Of a stretch of 64,000 bases of DNA, positions 11,061 through 27,627 are shown piece after piece (position 1 is the stretch's first letter; each line of letters opens with the position of its first letter). A program made the translations under genes and the position numbers. The notes beneath the pieces are model-generated. The model made no database searches and was not told the DNA's origin. It was given only the letters and a program-made list of their open reading frames with translations. This DNA comes from Octopus sinensis (Eukaryota): assembly GCF_006345805.1 (NCBI RefSeq), contig NC_042997.1, forward strand, positions 148,428,001-148,492,000. The letters are read 5' to 3'.

Positions 11061-13892
11061 CACACTAGTTTATTTGGGATCAGGAAGAATTTTATCTTTG
11101 GTAGATTTATTCACTAACTTAACGCTAGCATTTCCAATTTCTTGAAATACCAATAGATTATATATAAAGATCAGTATTGTTGTTTATCATTTAAATGTTG
11201 TGCCTGGTTTTATAAGCGCCGTAACGTGTATGCGTATGGGAAAATAATACCCTACAAGAAATGATATCTAATGGTTTACATATTTGCCTGCTCATTTCAA
11301 TGCATATTATGATATAAGAATATCTTATGCGTCTGATGGCACTTCAGTTTATACTCTCGACAGATGAATGTGTGTTCGGTTGAAAGCTGAGTGACGATTC
11401 AAATGGGGAGATGAAGACTAATTTTTCAAAAACAAATCAGTGACAGTGATACATAGTACGAGAGAGGCAAAGGAGATTGAGAGACAGATGAAATAGAGAG
11501 ACAGAAAGAATGAAACAAATAGCGCTTGAGATTAGATATAATATATGAGAGCATTGCTATTGTTAAGGAATATACAGTTATGATAGCTAACTGTACAAAT
11601 GCGAATGCTATTAGAAAGGCAACTAAAATCTCCTGTCATTTACAGCACATCTGAATCAGAATTTCCTTTCAAAATCAACAGTTCTTATACAATAAAGCAT
11701 ACTTAGTGACATGACTACAAATTAAAGCGAGATAATACAATATACGAACGTGTGTTTATGATTGAAATGTCGCTTGCATACATATGTACATTTATGCATT
11801 ACAACAACGACATATAAATACATTCATCTAATGCTGTGTGTCATACATATATCTACATGCATAAAGTTACCAACGTACATATGTATATACATATATGTAT
11901 ATGTATATATATATATATGTGTGTGTGTGTGTATGTATATGTACACACACACACACATAATCATATATACATGGTAAAATGAGTGTGTATGCAACATATA
12001 TATGCAAGCAGAGGCTTACGAGAGAAAATAAGAATTCCCCATTATATGTGATATGGAGATTGGTATTACCCCGCAAAATTAAATTGACATAATATGTATT
12101 TATGTTAATGTCTTAGAGATGTTCGAGGTTATTTGTTGTCTTAAATAGAAAAATGTCATTTTCTAAGGTGAGACACTTGTAGGAAAATATTGATTAAAAT
12201 AATATTGACATACCCTCCAAAAACATTTTTTGCATGCTTATATCTGTGTGGCGGAACACAAAATGTAACGCTACTGCATAAGCGATCTATTTATATATTC
12301 TTAGCAAATGACTTCGATAAAATTATTATACGACAATTATTGTAAAAACAAAGCATTTGCATAAGTCTACGTCCATTAGCAAATTGAAAATTTTCTTCTA
12401 TTAACCCACCAGTTTGTGTGGGTTATCTCCTAACCCTATATGCAATATGTGCTCCTACCAAACGGGACAGTCGTTTTAGTACTTAATACAGCATCGAAAA
12501 TAATATTTCTTTTATGTGGATAAATTCATCCACCGTATATTGAACAAAGTGAAAATTCATTCTAAAATCGTCTGTATTGTTATTTCTTCAGTTTCTCTGA
12601 ATGTATATCAACTTGAGAATCTTGAATATTGGACTATCGTTGTATTAGTTAAAGTAGCAGTCACGATTAGTGTGTATTACCTCATGTTTCGTTTTGAACG
12701 TTTTGTTGATTAATACCACATGTATACTGTATTGATGGGAGAACATTTCATTCTTCTAAATCACTGCATATACATGCGCCATGATAATGCATTCTAGATA
12801 TTTCTCCCTAGATATGCATTTGGTATCTAAACAATAGCATTGAAAGCAACTTCCTAAGCGCATAATAAATTAAAATTCTGTACAATTACTCGTCAGGATT
12901 ATCTAGATGAATAATCTTAAGAACATCTTATATATTGAATAGCCTAAACCGTATCACTAATGAAAAGTCTCTTATGTTGTGTCCAATATGATTTCAAATC
13001 AAGCAGGTTTACTTCTGTTATGTGACGAGAAGCTAATACTACTTTCCTATAATATTTGCAGACTCTCCTTCAATCGAACGTTTGATACAGATTACGATAC
13101 GCTTGAATTTCTGTAGGTGAAGATAATGTACAAAATGTGGGAGAATTTGGGAATGAGAAAGTGCTGTAGCTCTGGAACCGAACAATTGGCCAAAGCGTTT
13201 AGTTTCAAATGAGAAACAAAACTGTAATGAGAGAATGGAAGTGTCGTCTAAGAAAGGGTTTGCGTGGGAACCATGTAACTTCCTAGATCAGAGGAACGTA
13301 ATTTCTTGGAATATCGTCACCTAAGATTCCTTGAAGTGTTGGTTAGTAGTTGTATCGTACGAACGTGTAATATTTGCTAAATGAATTCAATAAACAATGG
13401 GTGCAAAGCTGCTGAATAGGATATGTTGTGTTTGTAAATCCATTCAAGATATATCTTGAATGGATTTAACGGCAAATTAATGCGGGTTATACATGATACA
13501 TTTAAAAACTGCAGGGAATCATCAACATCTCAGTTTATGAAGACAGAAGCTTAGGATATAGCTTCGATAAATATGTCAGGTTATCATGTGTGATTGCAAA
13601 GGTTAACATTTCTAACTAATTTAACCGAATGCAACAATAAAATGTTCTACTAAAGGGAAACAATACACAATATCCAATCTTCAATACAAGTAGCGATTCA
13701 TCCTGTGTTGCTTCTTTGCTAATATACGGTGTTGTGTTCTTTCAGTAGTAGCATATTTCGATGTATCTATTAAGACATTTGGGCCTACACACTATAACAA
13801 CTTCTGATTAAGAGCCAAATACCATTATACAGCAACTGTTATGAATGACTCTTTTGTAAGCACTATTTTAACACAGTCTTTTCATTACTTTC

Positions 13893-14032
13893 ACAAGACG
13901 TGGCTGTGTGGCGAGTGGCTTGTTTCCCAACTACATGTTCAGATCCACCGCTTCGCACCTTCGACAAATACTTTCTACTGTAGCCTTCGGCTGACCATTG
14001 TGGATTTGGTAGATGGAAACTGAAAGAAGATC

Positions 14033-14076
<44 letters not shown>

Positions 14077-14275
14077 CGTTTCTATGTGTGTGTGTGTGTG
14101 TGTCATTCTCTCCATGTTCGTTCACCCATCATCACTTCAAAACCGGTGTTCCTGTGCTTACGTCCTTGTAAGTTATCGGTTCTGCAAAACAGCTCGTTAA
14201 AATAAGTACTAGGCTTAAAATGATTAGCCAAAATGCCCTAGCATGGCTGCATTCGAATGACAAAAATAAGTAAAG
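13893..14275 (+). mobile_element. SINE family B with internal (TA)n(TG)n
   Basis: gtggctgtgtgg head, gtggatttggtagatggaaactgaaagaag core, 3' part aataagtactaggctt..gcatggctgca. Confidence 0.8.
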
Positions 14276-14369
14276 AGGTATAAGGATAACATACCTGATC
14301 TGCATTCATTAATACGCTAGCTCTGTTTATGTCTCTGCCTCCCTCATCTCTCTCCGTGCATATACATAC

Positions 14370-15934
<1,565 letters not shown>

Positions 15935-15940
15935 CATACA

Positions 15941-17184
15941 CAGAGGTTGGACAAAATAATGGAAACACCTAAAATTTTCAAACAAATTCATTTTAATATA
16001 GGGTAGGACCGGCTTTAGCTGTAATTAAAGCTTGAATTCTACGAGCTATGGACTCGTGCAAAGTGAACTGTTTCCAAAGGAATTTTTGTCCATTCTTCAG
16101 CTAAAACAGTCTCCAGTCCTTGTAGAGATGATGGTGGAGGATATCGACTCCTTACATGTTTTTCTCAAATACACAATAAATGTTCAATAATATTGAGATC
16201 TGGGTATTCTGGTGGCTAGATAAGATGTTCAACTTCACTAGAATGTTCCGCGTGCCATTCAGTAACAACATTCGCTGCGTGAATTGGTGCGTTATCATCC
16301 TGGGAGATTGGGTTTCCCTCCGGAAACAGTTCGGCAAACATAGAATGAATTTGATCAGATAAAATACTTAAATCATCTTCACTATTAATTCTACCATTAA
16401 GTGAAACTGCTAGGGCGCGGATTTCTAAGTTATACCCCCCCCCCGATCATCACAGATCTTCCTCTACGTTTAACATTTGGAAGAAAGCGGTCTGGGTCAA
16501 ATGATTCTTTTGGCTGTCGCCACACGTATACTTAGCCAGAGGTCAGGAATAAGGTAAAGGATAGCTCGTCTGGGTATATAACATTCTTCCACTGCTCTGG
16601 GGACCAATTATGTAGGTTTTTACTGCATCTAAACGCTTTACAACGTTTGATTTTGAAAGTAGTGGTTTGCTGATTGCAGCCCTCCTGTGAAATCCGACTT
16701 TGTGCAGCTCCTGGCGAACAGTTTTTGTGTCATTAAGCTCTGCTGTAATTTTGGGAGCTGTACCTTTGTGATCCTTTCTCAGAATTCGCATAAGAGTCCA
16801 ACGGTCCATATCTGAAAGTTTTGGTCTTCTTCCGGAGTTTTGTTTCTACGAGGAGGTTTTTCCATCTTTCTGAAAGGCTGTCAGTACTTTCGAAACAGTA
16901 CTTCTTGATACACCAAACATTTTGGCTGTTTTTGTTATGATTGCGCCTGCCATACAATCACTAACAATTTGACGTCTTTGAAAGACCGACATATCTATCA
17001 TTTTAATGAATTTTAATGACCTTTTTTCTGATGATATCTGAAACGAAACAGAAATTTTAGCGAAACACATTAAGCATCACTAATGATAAATCCCCAAACA
17101 ACAAAAAAACAACAACTTTTGACGATATTTCAAAATTATGATGCTAAGATGCGAGGTGTTTCCATTATTTTGTCCAACCCCACT
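15941..17184 (-). mobile_element. Tc1-family DNA transposon with decayed transposase
   Basis: Perfect 26-bp inverted core ggttggacaaaataatggaaacacct at 15945-15970 and 17154-17179. Minus strand gives the HTH region (TAKMFGVSRSTVSKV) and remnants of the DDE motifs (WKNVIYPDE, QDDNAPIH, YPDLNIIEH), with stops and frameshifts. Confidence 0.95.
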
Positions 17185-17313
17185 CTATATATAAATGTAT
17201 ATGTATACATATATATATATATGTATATATATACATATATGTATGTATATATGCCTGTATGTATGTATGTATATATATATACATATATATATATATACAC
17301 ACATATATATATA

Positions 17314-17393
<80 letters not shown>

Positions 17394-17604
17394 AGAAGCA
17401 GGGTGTGAGTAAGTGGCGGTAGGTGAGTGGCACAAAGAATGAGAGAGAGAGAGAGGACATAGATGTAGAGAGAGAGAGAAAGAGGGTAAGTTTACTGATT
17501 GTACACATATACATAGGTAATATTGCGATAAGTTTCATCATTGCTTCGGTATGCGAAATTCTACGTATAAGTTGCCCACCTGACGTTACAATAAAAGCAT
17601 TGCA

Positions 17605-17695
17605 ATAGGTACTCTGTGAGATCGAACCCGAGACGGTCTGCAACACGTGTTTTCGAAAGAAACTACTTATCCATTTAGTTATACCTGTGCTTTGC
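17605..17695 (-). mobile_element. isolated tRNA-like SINE head
   Basis: Minus strand: taactaaatgg..cgggttcgatctc, A/B-box-like. Confidence 0.4.
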
Positions 17696-18406
17696 CTAGA
17701 CATATAGTTCATATTTAAATTTAAAATGATTGTTGAATTAACGTATCATTATATGCAATATTTATAACGTTTCATGAGTGTAAATCTTCGAATATTTATA
17801 TTTCCCAAAATGTATGGTAATAATCCACTGAAAGTTATGCAAAACAACAAAAATGTGTTAAGATATTTGTACATTTTATAGCAGAGAGATGAAGTGTTAA
17901 GAACACAAACAATACACAGCGCTTATACAGGAATGAAATATATTTTTAACTGAGTGTAAAAGAGTCATTTTCAAAATAGCCTTAGAGAATACTACGAACT
18001 CTTATTTTGGTGTAGTTATACAGAATACCTACTTATATGTGAGACGAAAGACGTGTTATAGTCACGTGTGGATGTGTATGGAAACATTTCTGTACTGAAT
18101 GTAGATGTTTGAAATAAGATGACGTGTTTATTAGATTATGCTGCTGCATCTATTTCTACTTGTAAATCTTAAGCATGGTGAGTATCAGACGCCTTGAGAA
18201 ATTGTTGAAATAGAAATATAACTAGACATGTTGCATGTGACATATCACCATTATTCATCTCAGATGCATAATCTGCTGTCAGACGATTTCCTATATTTCG
18301 TATATGGGTTTCGTTACATTTGATGAAATTTTGTTATGTTAAAATCGTTATCTTAATTAATATTTACATATACATTTTGCTGTATCCGATAATGCTTGAA
18401 CTATTA

Positions 18407-18514
<108 letters not shown>

Positions 18515-18667
18515 CTGTGTGTGTGTGCGTGTGTGTATGTATATATATATATACTTTATTGAAAAGCAACAGAAATATAACTGATGCTTTTAAATAAAGA
18601 ATATTACTCTACCTCTGGTATTTGTGTACCCTTTTTCCACCTTGTTTCACATTTATGTACTTACTCC

Positions 18668-18761
<94 letters not shown>

Positions 18762-18796
18762 TACATATATATACATATAAATATATGTGTGTGTGC

Positions 18797-19330
18797 GTCT
18801 GTGTGTAACGACGAAGAATACCGAACTAGACTCCAGTCTGATCTCCAAGCAGTGTGTCAATGCGTAGGCAAAAACAAAATCCAACAAAACGAGAAAATTT
18901 TGGGCTGATGCATTTTGAAAAAAAAATCTATGTTAAAACAACCATACTCTCTTCCTTTAGGTAAACCTCTCACAGCATTTAATTATATCAGAGACCAAGA
19001 AGTAATTGTTGATAACAATCTCAGTTGGAGTGCTCACATTAACAATAAGGTCGATATAGCTCGTAGAATAAGCTCCTGGATCCTAAGAACCTTCCGGTCC
19101 AGAGAACTAGCTGTCATCATTCCACTTTTCTCCTCCTGTGTACGAATACTGCTGCTTCCTGTGGTCTCCTCACACAAAACAGAACGTCTCGAAAATTGAA
19201 TCACCCCCGAGGGCATTCACTAAATGAATTAAGGACATGAATGATCTCGATTACTGGGACCGCCTTAAAGCATTGGAACTCAACTCTCTCCAGCGCTGCT
19301 GCGACGATACATAACTTGCATGATATGGAG
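18797..19330 (+). mobile_element. CR1-clade LINE fragment (region after the RT domain)
   Basis: [68 protein letters not shown], with frameshifts. Confidence 0.9.
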
Positions 19331-19345
19331 AATAATGTTTCTTTG

Positions 19346-19537
19346 ATTTGTTTCAGATATTTGACTGCCATGCAGGAGCGCCAAATTTAGTCGAGAAAAT
19401 CGACCAAAGGACTTGTTCCTTGTAAGCCTCATACTTATTCTATCGGCCTCTTTGCCGACCCGCTAAGTTACGGAGACGTAAGAGCACCAGCATCAGTTGT
19501 CAAGAGATGGTGGAGTGACAAACAAACCCCCCAAAAC

Positions 19538-19586
<49 letters not shown>

Positions 19587-19716
19587 ACAGGCTTCGTTCA
19601 ACTTCCGTCTACCAAATCCATTCACAAGGCTTTCGTTGACACGTGGCTATAGTAGAGGAAATTTGTCTAAGGTGCTTCGCAGTGGGTCTGAAACCGGGAC
19701 ACAGTTGCTTACCACA
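19346..19716 (-). mobile_element. SINE family B with internal (TA)n
   Basis: ttccgtctaccaaatccattcacaaggc core, 3' part atacttattctatcggcctctttgccgacccgctaagttacgg. Confidence 0.85.
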
Positions 19717-20038
19717 CACACACACACACACACACACATGCAATACTTTTCTCTCTGTGTTGCATGTTTGTTTTTATTTTGCATCCGTGATTTTATTTTT
19801 GATCTATATAAATGGAGATATTTCCTTTGTTTTGCCGCTTTTCTTTCTATAAAATGAGAGGATACTTTGCAGAACTGTTACTTTAACGAGTTATATTAAT
19901 TTATCACCCGATGAAACATATCTACACCGTCGAATGCTCCTGAACCATTCATTAATAGTCTATCCCGAGAGGGACCGTTGCTATACTTGTCGAAACCATT
20001 GTCATAATTAATAAAGATCCGTTCACCTTTCATTTACG

Positions 20039-20040
<2 letters not shown>

Positions 20041-20099
<59 letters not shown>

Positions 20100-20139
20100 T
20101 ATATATATATATATATATAGATGTATATATATATATAGA

Positions 20140-20217
<78 letters not shown>

Positions 20218-20221
20218 TAGA

Positions 20222-20271
<50 letters not shown>

Positions 20272-20360
20272 TATATTTTTTATATATTTATAGATAGATA
20301 GATATATACATACATACATACATACATACATACATACATACATACATACATAAATACAAA
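20041..20360. repeat. compound (AT)n/(ATAC)n microsatellite
   Basis: Read directly from the sequence. Confidence 0.95.
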
Positions 20361-20794
20361 AATACATACAGAAGCACAAACAGAGACAGGCGCACATATT
20401 TGTTGAATAATTTATATGTGTATACGTATATCTATATCTACATGCATGAATATATGTGTGAGTGTGTGTGTGGAATGATTCATGTCATAGATTAACGCGT
20501 TAAAGTAATTGTCTAACACATCATACAAAATATGAATTAATCGTGTGCTTTATTATTTTGCTTTGTCATAACATTCATTCTTTGTGGCTAAGAGTATTGA
20601 GTAATTTCTGTCGCTTAACTACATCTTCCTCCAGTGCAATACCACCATGTAATTTATACCATACACATATGTACATCCATACAAACACACGCATATATCT
20701 ATACACATATATATATATTACATATATATATACATATGCATTATAGATATGTATTCACACATCTCTATATAGGTATATATATATATATATATAT

Positions 20795-20840
<46 letters not shown>

Positions 20841-20858
20841 TATATATATATATAGGTG

Positions 20859-20892
<34 letters not shown>

Positions 20893-20912
20893 GGTATATA
20901 TATATATATATG

Positions 20913-20959
<47 letters not shown>

Positions 20960-21689
20960 CACACACACATACATCAGAATTTGTATGCGTGTGGATATAG
21001 GTGTATATATGCAAGAATGTGTATGTGCAAGTATAAGTAGTTGTTAATGTGTGTGTGTGTGTGTGTATGTCTGTATGTCTGTGAGACCGTTTGCTGTGTC
21101 ATGATAGATCACGTGTTTATTAGAGATATTAAGAAGCTATTTCTCTGCTGGGCATTGCATATTTTTAGATATTTCTATTCTATGGTATATATGGGACTTA
21201 CTCACCACTAATAGCCAGTCGTTCAACCTCACTGGGTATAAGCGTATATAATTACCACACACTAAGTAATTAAATAGGCGAAATAAATAATCAACAACAA
21301 AGGCATATAAATCAAAATTTCAAGAGTTCTCAATATCTGCGCCATGATCATATCATTTTAATACAACAAAACGATAAAAACAACAAAACTATAAAATGAA
21401 GTCATATCAGAGTTTGTATCGACATCAAACATTGAACATCAATAGATGCACTTGTCCTTTTTTATTTTTCATTCCTTAATATGCCGCGTGATTTCGATAG
21501 ATGTGCTTTTAGATATGAAATCAGAACAGACAACTTTAATATTTATTACTTTCAATAATATCTAATTGAGTATACATGGACTAATACGTACAAATATATG
21601 TATGTGTATGTAGATACATATATATGTGTGTATATTTATACAAATATACACGCACGCTTACATACTATTATGTTATTCTCTATCTATAT

Positions 21690-21690
21690 T

Positions 21691-21781
<91 letters not shown>

Positions 21782-21785
21782 CTAT
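21690..21785. repeat. (ATCT)n microsatellite
   Basis: Read directly from the sequence. Confidence 0.95.
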
Positions 21786-22124
21786 CTCTTCTCTTTCCAT
21801 GCAACGTCCTCTCTACGTATGCAAGTATGATATATATATATTCACATACATGTAAATATATATTATTTTAGGTAATTATTTGTGTGCATGTAATACATAC
21901 ACACACATATACACATATCCATGTAATTATATATGCACGTTTTATGTGTTTATATATATGTATATATATATATGTATATATATATATATACAAACATTAT
22001 GTACATCACAGCCATACTTATGATTATATATGTAGATACACACACACTAACATACTTACATAGTCGTGCACACAAACACACACATCCATGCACACCCCCA
22101 CACCCATGCACAAACACACACACA

Positions 22125-22169
<45 letters not shown>

Positions 22170-23504
22170 TTGTTCATATTAATTAAATCCGCACAAACAT
22201 GTAGTACGGCATGTTCCACTTTCGGTGACCAAGAAAATATCAAGTCTAATTACACTTAATATATCGATGTGTGCAACTGCCTGAATTGGAGAAATCTGGC
22301 TATATTCAGTATTTTGGAGTTGACAATCAAAAATGTAAGAAACATCGTGTCGCGTAAGCATTGCTATTTTTGAGCTGAAGGCGAATATGCAAACATTTTC
22401 AGTTACGACTTGATGAATATCTGAAGACATGATCCATATTGTTCTAGAAATACCGTTTCTCATTACCACGATCCAATCGCGTACGAGAAGCATAAAAATC
22501 AATTGGATCCTTACTGATATTATAGTTTTCTGCAGTGTATTTAGCATGGGTTGGTGGCAGTGAGTTATGAAATATTTGTGATAAAATTTGACGGCTAGTC
22601 CTTACAGAGTCCTTTCTGAGATCCCCGAAAAGTGAAAGAGCACAAGTTCTCGCAATCGCTAAATATCTGAAAGTTCATTGGTCGGTCTGTCGAAACAGAT
22701 ACTCAAAAGCAGTCATTTGACCTTCTCTGCACATTTGTCACGTAGAATTTATTTTATACGATTTTCAGATAATTAGTGTAACTTATTCAAAATTATTTTC
22801 AATATGAAGCACAATGACGTAAAAACATAAAAGTCACAATCGTAATTTGAAGTCGTATTTTAATTACTGGATTTGGCTCTGAGCAAGTGACACCAATCTC
22901 ATTTCGCAAGTTCGGAATTAGTTTCTGATAAAATACAATAGACATAATTATGTAAAAATATTTGCTTGATGAAGGTTATCTTGGTGAAAAACACGAATAA
23001 CAATAATCTTTTAGAATGAGAAGTAATGTATCCAATATCTACACCAAGAAGCTGTTCTTTTAAATTTTAATAATATCAACTATTTAAATATGTTACTAAG
23101 AATTAAAAAAAAATTCAACTACTAGAATCTCTTTACTGTTTGAAAATGTTTCCTAATCAAAGATTGTCGACTAGGAAAGGTATTTATTGCTAAAAGGATG
23201 GATGAGGCATTAATATTGTATTCAATTATCAGACTTGAATCATTAACGTTAATAATGCTTTCCAACACTGCCTTGGCCATGGTTTCGGAAGGGATCCTGA
23301 AGCTCATCCCTTTCAATGGATTCGTTTTCAGGTAATAACTCGTAGAGGCGGACATGTCTACGACTGTCATAAGCAGTACTTGACGTGGCAGTATCATATT
23401 TGCTACTTATTGATCAACATAGCAATGTTAGCATATAGTTGTCCATTGGTCATATAACGACATCAAGCTGTAGTTGATGTCATATCCAAGTCATACAAGT
23501 TTAG

Positions 23505-24060
23505 TTGATTATATCGACCCCAGCTCTCAACTTGTACCTATTTTATCGACCCCGAAAGGCTAAAAAGCAAAGTCGACTTCGGCGAAATTTGAACTCAGAA
23601 TGTAAAAAAAACGGAGGTCAAAATATCTTTAAGTATTTTGCCCGGAGTGCTAACGTTTCTGCGAGCTTGCTGGCATTCCAATATTATAATAATCATTTCT
23701 ACTATAGGCACAAGGCCTGAAATTTTGGAGAAGGGAGTAAGGCGATTACATCGACCCCAGTGCGTAACTGGTACTTAATTTATCGAACCCGAAGGATGAA
23801 GGGCAAAGTCGAACTCGTCAGAATTTGAACTCAAAACGTGCAGACAGACGAAATACTGTAAAGTATTTCGCCCAACGGGCTAACGTTTCTGCCAGATCGT
23901 TGCCTTTTCCATATTCTTTTCTCCTCCAGACACATGGCTCGAAATTTTGGGGGAGGAGCCAGTCAATTAGATCCTCCCCAGCACGTAAATGGTACTTAAT
24001 TTATCGACCTCGAAAGGGTGAAAAGCAAAGTTGACCTCGGCGGAATTTGAACTCAGAAGG
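23505..24060 (-). mobile_element. three head-to-tail SINE family A copies
   Basis: The core ttatcgac(c)..aaagt(c/t)ga..gaa(a/t)ttgaactca occurs three times (~23540-23600, ~23780-23835, ~24000-24058), separated by family-A heads and tails. Confidence 0.85.
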
Positions 24061-24425
24061 CAGTCCAGTGTCAACGAACAAACCGCTAAGGATCCCGAAT
24101 CTTAAGTGTGAAGCCTGTTTGTTTGTCATCCGAAATTTTTCATCGGTTGGCCTAGATGGCGAAGGGAAACAATTTGAATTTTCTGTCGTTTTAGTTCATT
24201 CATGTTGTCATTGAGCGTAAACTGCAGATTACAGGTTTGCTGAGAATACTTGCTGGGTATTATGTAACAAATCTACACTTCCTACGGGAATGCAGTTACC
24301 ACTCTCTCTGGCCGACATATTTTGTTTTTTATCACAGTATATCCACATTATTCAGTACGAATACCGCAGTAAATTCATATCACAATAGATGGCTTTTGGA
24401 ATCTTACAGTGCTTCTGCTTCGTAT

Positions 24426-24510
<85 letters not shown>

Positions 24511-24575
24511 TGATGTTTATTGTTAAATATAGTTCATCATAATATTTCCCTGTCATTTCTATCTATCTATCTATC

Positions 24576-24627
<52 letters not shown>

Positions 24628-24703
24628 GTCTGTCTGTCTGTCAGTATGTCTGTCTATCTATCTATCTTTCTATCTTCACACACACACACACACACACATA
24701 TAT

Positions 24704-24761
<58 letters not shown>

Positions 24762-25324
24762 ATGAACATACATGTTTATGATTTCGCATACGCAATAAGA
24801 GAAAGAAAAAACGATAGAATACGGGGAATAATGAGTGATGCTGGAAAGGCATAGGAAGGCGATGGTCATAAATTTTATTAACCAACAGCAGTGAGATACT
24901 GTGCGAACGTGATAAATGCGTGTTGTCCAATTTAACGATCATATTTTTTACCCTTGCATTTAAATCTTGTTTGGTTTCTGCAAAATCAAACTGCTATCAC
25001 TCCAATATCGTACATTCATCTATGTAAGAGCACACAAAAATGAAGTGTAAAATGAAGATGTATATTAGATGAATGTTAGCCAATCCTAAATCGAATTTTC
25101 CGATATCGGTAAGTAATCTTTCCTGATGGAGAAGTAATGCTGTCTCGATGTGATATCTTTTTTAGATGTGATATACAGCTATGTTACCAATTACATGCTT
25201 CCTTTTTAAAGGAAAAACAATAATATACTCTTTAATCTAGCAAGGATGTTTGCAATTGATCATTGTTCATCATGGTCATAGCTGACCAAATCTAAATAAT
25301 TACAGTTTAGAAGGATAGAATTAA

Positions 25325-25629
25325 GCGGTCCTTGGACAAAATTCACCCCGAGGACAAAAACCCATCAAGGACAAAATGCACCCCACACCGCCGGACAAAA
25401 GCCTACACGACAAAATACCCCAGGACAATGTCTCTCTGGGCAAAGTTCCCCAGCAGTCAATATCCACTGGGATATTGTTCTTTCTTTACAATAAAAATAA
25501 TTAAGGTAAGTGAAATTTATTAAAAAAAAAATAAATACATATTTGTTGATATTCTTGTGTAAAATTTATCCGGTGCGTTTTTGCCTTCGAGGGATTTTGT
25601 CCTCGGATGGATTTCATCCTCATAGCCGT
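25325..25629. mobile_element. unclassified MITE with ggacaaaa subterminal repeats, TTAA-flanked
   Basis: Imperfect ~55-bp TIRs built from ggacaaaa-cccc-like units; TTAA at 25321-25324 and 25630-25633. Confidence 0.7.
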
Positions 25630-25780
25630 TTAAGCAATGTAAACAAGATTATTCTACAATTTTCACATATAATAAGCGAGTCATTGTCTATTATGAAGGA
25701 CAGGTTTTATATGTTTGTTGATATGAGCATCAAATTGTGGTAGTTATACACACACACACACGCGCATATATTTACATATA

Positions 25781-25995
<215 letters not shown>

Positions 25996-26519
25996 TATAC
26001 ACATATATATATACACACTCTTGTATACATTACAGAAAACCGAATAACATTGATAATTTGAAGAGGGTAGTATTATGAGAAACAAAGATGTATATATGAA
26101 TGGTAGTTCATTTACATTGTTCAATAACAACAAACAACACAAAAAGTAGAAAAAACATCCCCGTACAGACCATGGACCATACCGCATTTCTTATTAAGAG
26201 TAGTAATGCAAAATAGAGAAACAATTCTAATTACTTTCTCCCTGAAAAACTAAACAACTATCGTCTAGATCAATACCTTTCATGTTTCTTTCTCCATTTC
26301 CATAACTGCATGCAGTAAGTGTGTATATATGTATGTATGTATGAATGTATGTGTGTGTGCGCATGTATCTATGCATGTATGTGTGTGTGTATGTATGTAT
26401 GTACGTATGCATGTATGTATACACATACACACATATATATATGGCAATAACACTTAGAAGAAGGTGCTTTTTATCACTCAGCAAAGTGAATAGAATGTTG
26501 GCCAAGAGGAAATGATGTC

Positions 26520-26800
26520 ATGAGACTGTATTCAATGTTCGATTGTTTAGACTCTGAACCGTAATATCCTTACATTGGTGGGTCAGCAGACGTGGCCAAA
26601 TCACTGCTCCTCATTTCCTCCTGGCTTCCACCTTAACTCTTTCTCTTGTTCCATATCCAAAAAGAGGCACTTTTCAGCTGCTTCTCCCATCCTGCGCACT
26701 GTCATTCTTCGCTCAAAGACTCCAATTTCAATAGCTGTAAGCAATCTCCATACCGACTGAGCAGGTAACTCACTACAGCCAGAATTACCATTTCTTCTCC
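26520..26800 (-). mobile_element. 3' end of a Hero/R2-group RLE LINE
   Basis: GC..LPAQSVWRLLTAI..RRMGEAAEK, then after a frameshift ASFWIWNKRK, then ELRWKPGG. Resembles the C-terminus of Hero-type restriction-like-endonuclease LINEs. Confidence 0.75.
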
Positions 26801-27126
26801 GTGCAATACTGTAAAAGGCTCTCATACTTAGAACGCTTCCGTCCGCTGGTCAAATCACACCCATCTGATTCCTAATTTGTACCGTCTATCACTTTAGTGA
26901 CGTCTATAAATTTGCCTTAAGGTTGTTAAATTGCTAATACGCCACACATATTATTTATAATTTTCCCTTCCACTATTTTTTAATCAGCACCTTCTCAATA
27001 GTTTTTCTGATAAGTTGACGAAGTGATCTGAGCTAAGCCCTAGACCCGGTAAGAGCCACTGACGAAAATTAGAGAGGCAATACTGGTACCACTATGTATT
27101 CTGTCTCACTTTAGTGACGTCTATAA

Positions 27127-27164
<38 letters not shown>

Positions 27165-27179
27165 GCACACACGTTTATA

Positions 27180-27328
27180 AGCATGGCCTGGCTCTGTGGT
27201 AAGAAACTTGCTACCAAACCATATTTTTCAGGGTTCAGTCCCACTGCGTGGCACCTTACGCAAATATCTTCTACTACATATCTTATGGGTGGATTTGGTA
27301 GACGGAATCTGAAAGTATGCCGTCGAAT

Positions 27329-27411
<83 letters not shown>

Positions 27412-27627
27412 TGTATACATTTATGTGTTTGTCTTCCCACCATCGCTTGACAAGCGATGTTAGTATGTTTATGTCCTCATAATCCAGTGATTCGAAAAAA
27501 GAGACTGATAGAATAAATACTAGGTTCAGAAAGAATTAAGTCGTGGAGTCAATATATTCGGCTAAAACCCCTTTAAGATGGTGCTCCAGCAAGGCTACAG
27601 TCAAATAAATGAATAAAAGAATAAAAG
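27180..27627 (+). mobile_element. SINE family B with long internal (CA)n(TA)n
   Basis: ggctctgtggtaag head, gggttcagtcccactgcgtggcacc, 3' end ggtgctccagcaaggctacagtcaaataaatgaataaaagaataaaag. Confidence 0.88.

Noticed and set aside
19960-20010. gac..gtc-GAAAC..GUC resembling a hammerhead 3' half
   Set aside because: The CUGANGA box is absent and stem I cannot be drawn.
22179-22547. 122-aa non-repetitive minus-strand ORF, and similar short frames at 23122-23397, 38525-38735 and 52330-52672
   Set aside because: No recognisable domain or exon structure; lengths are compatible with chance.
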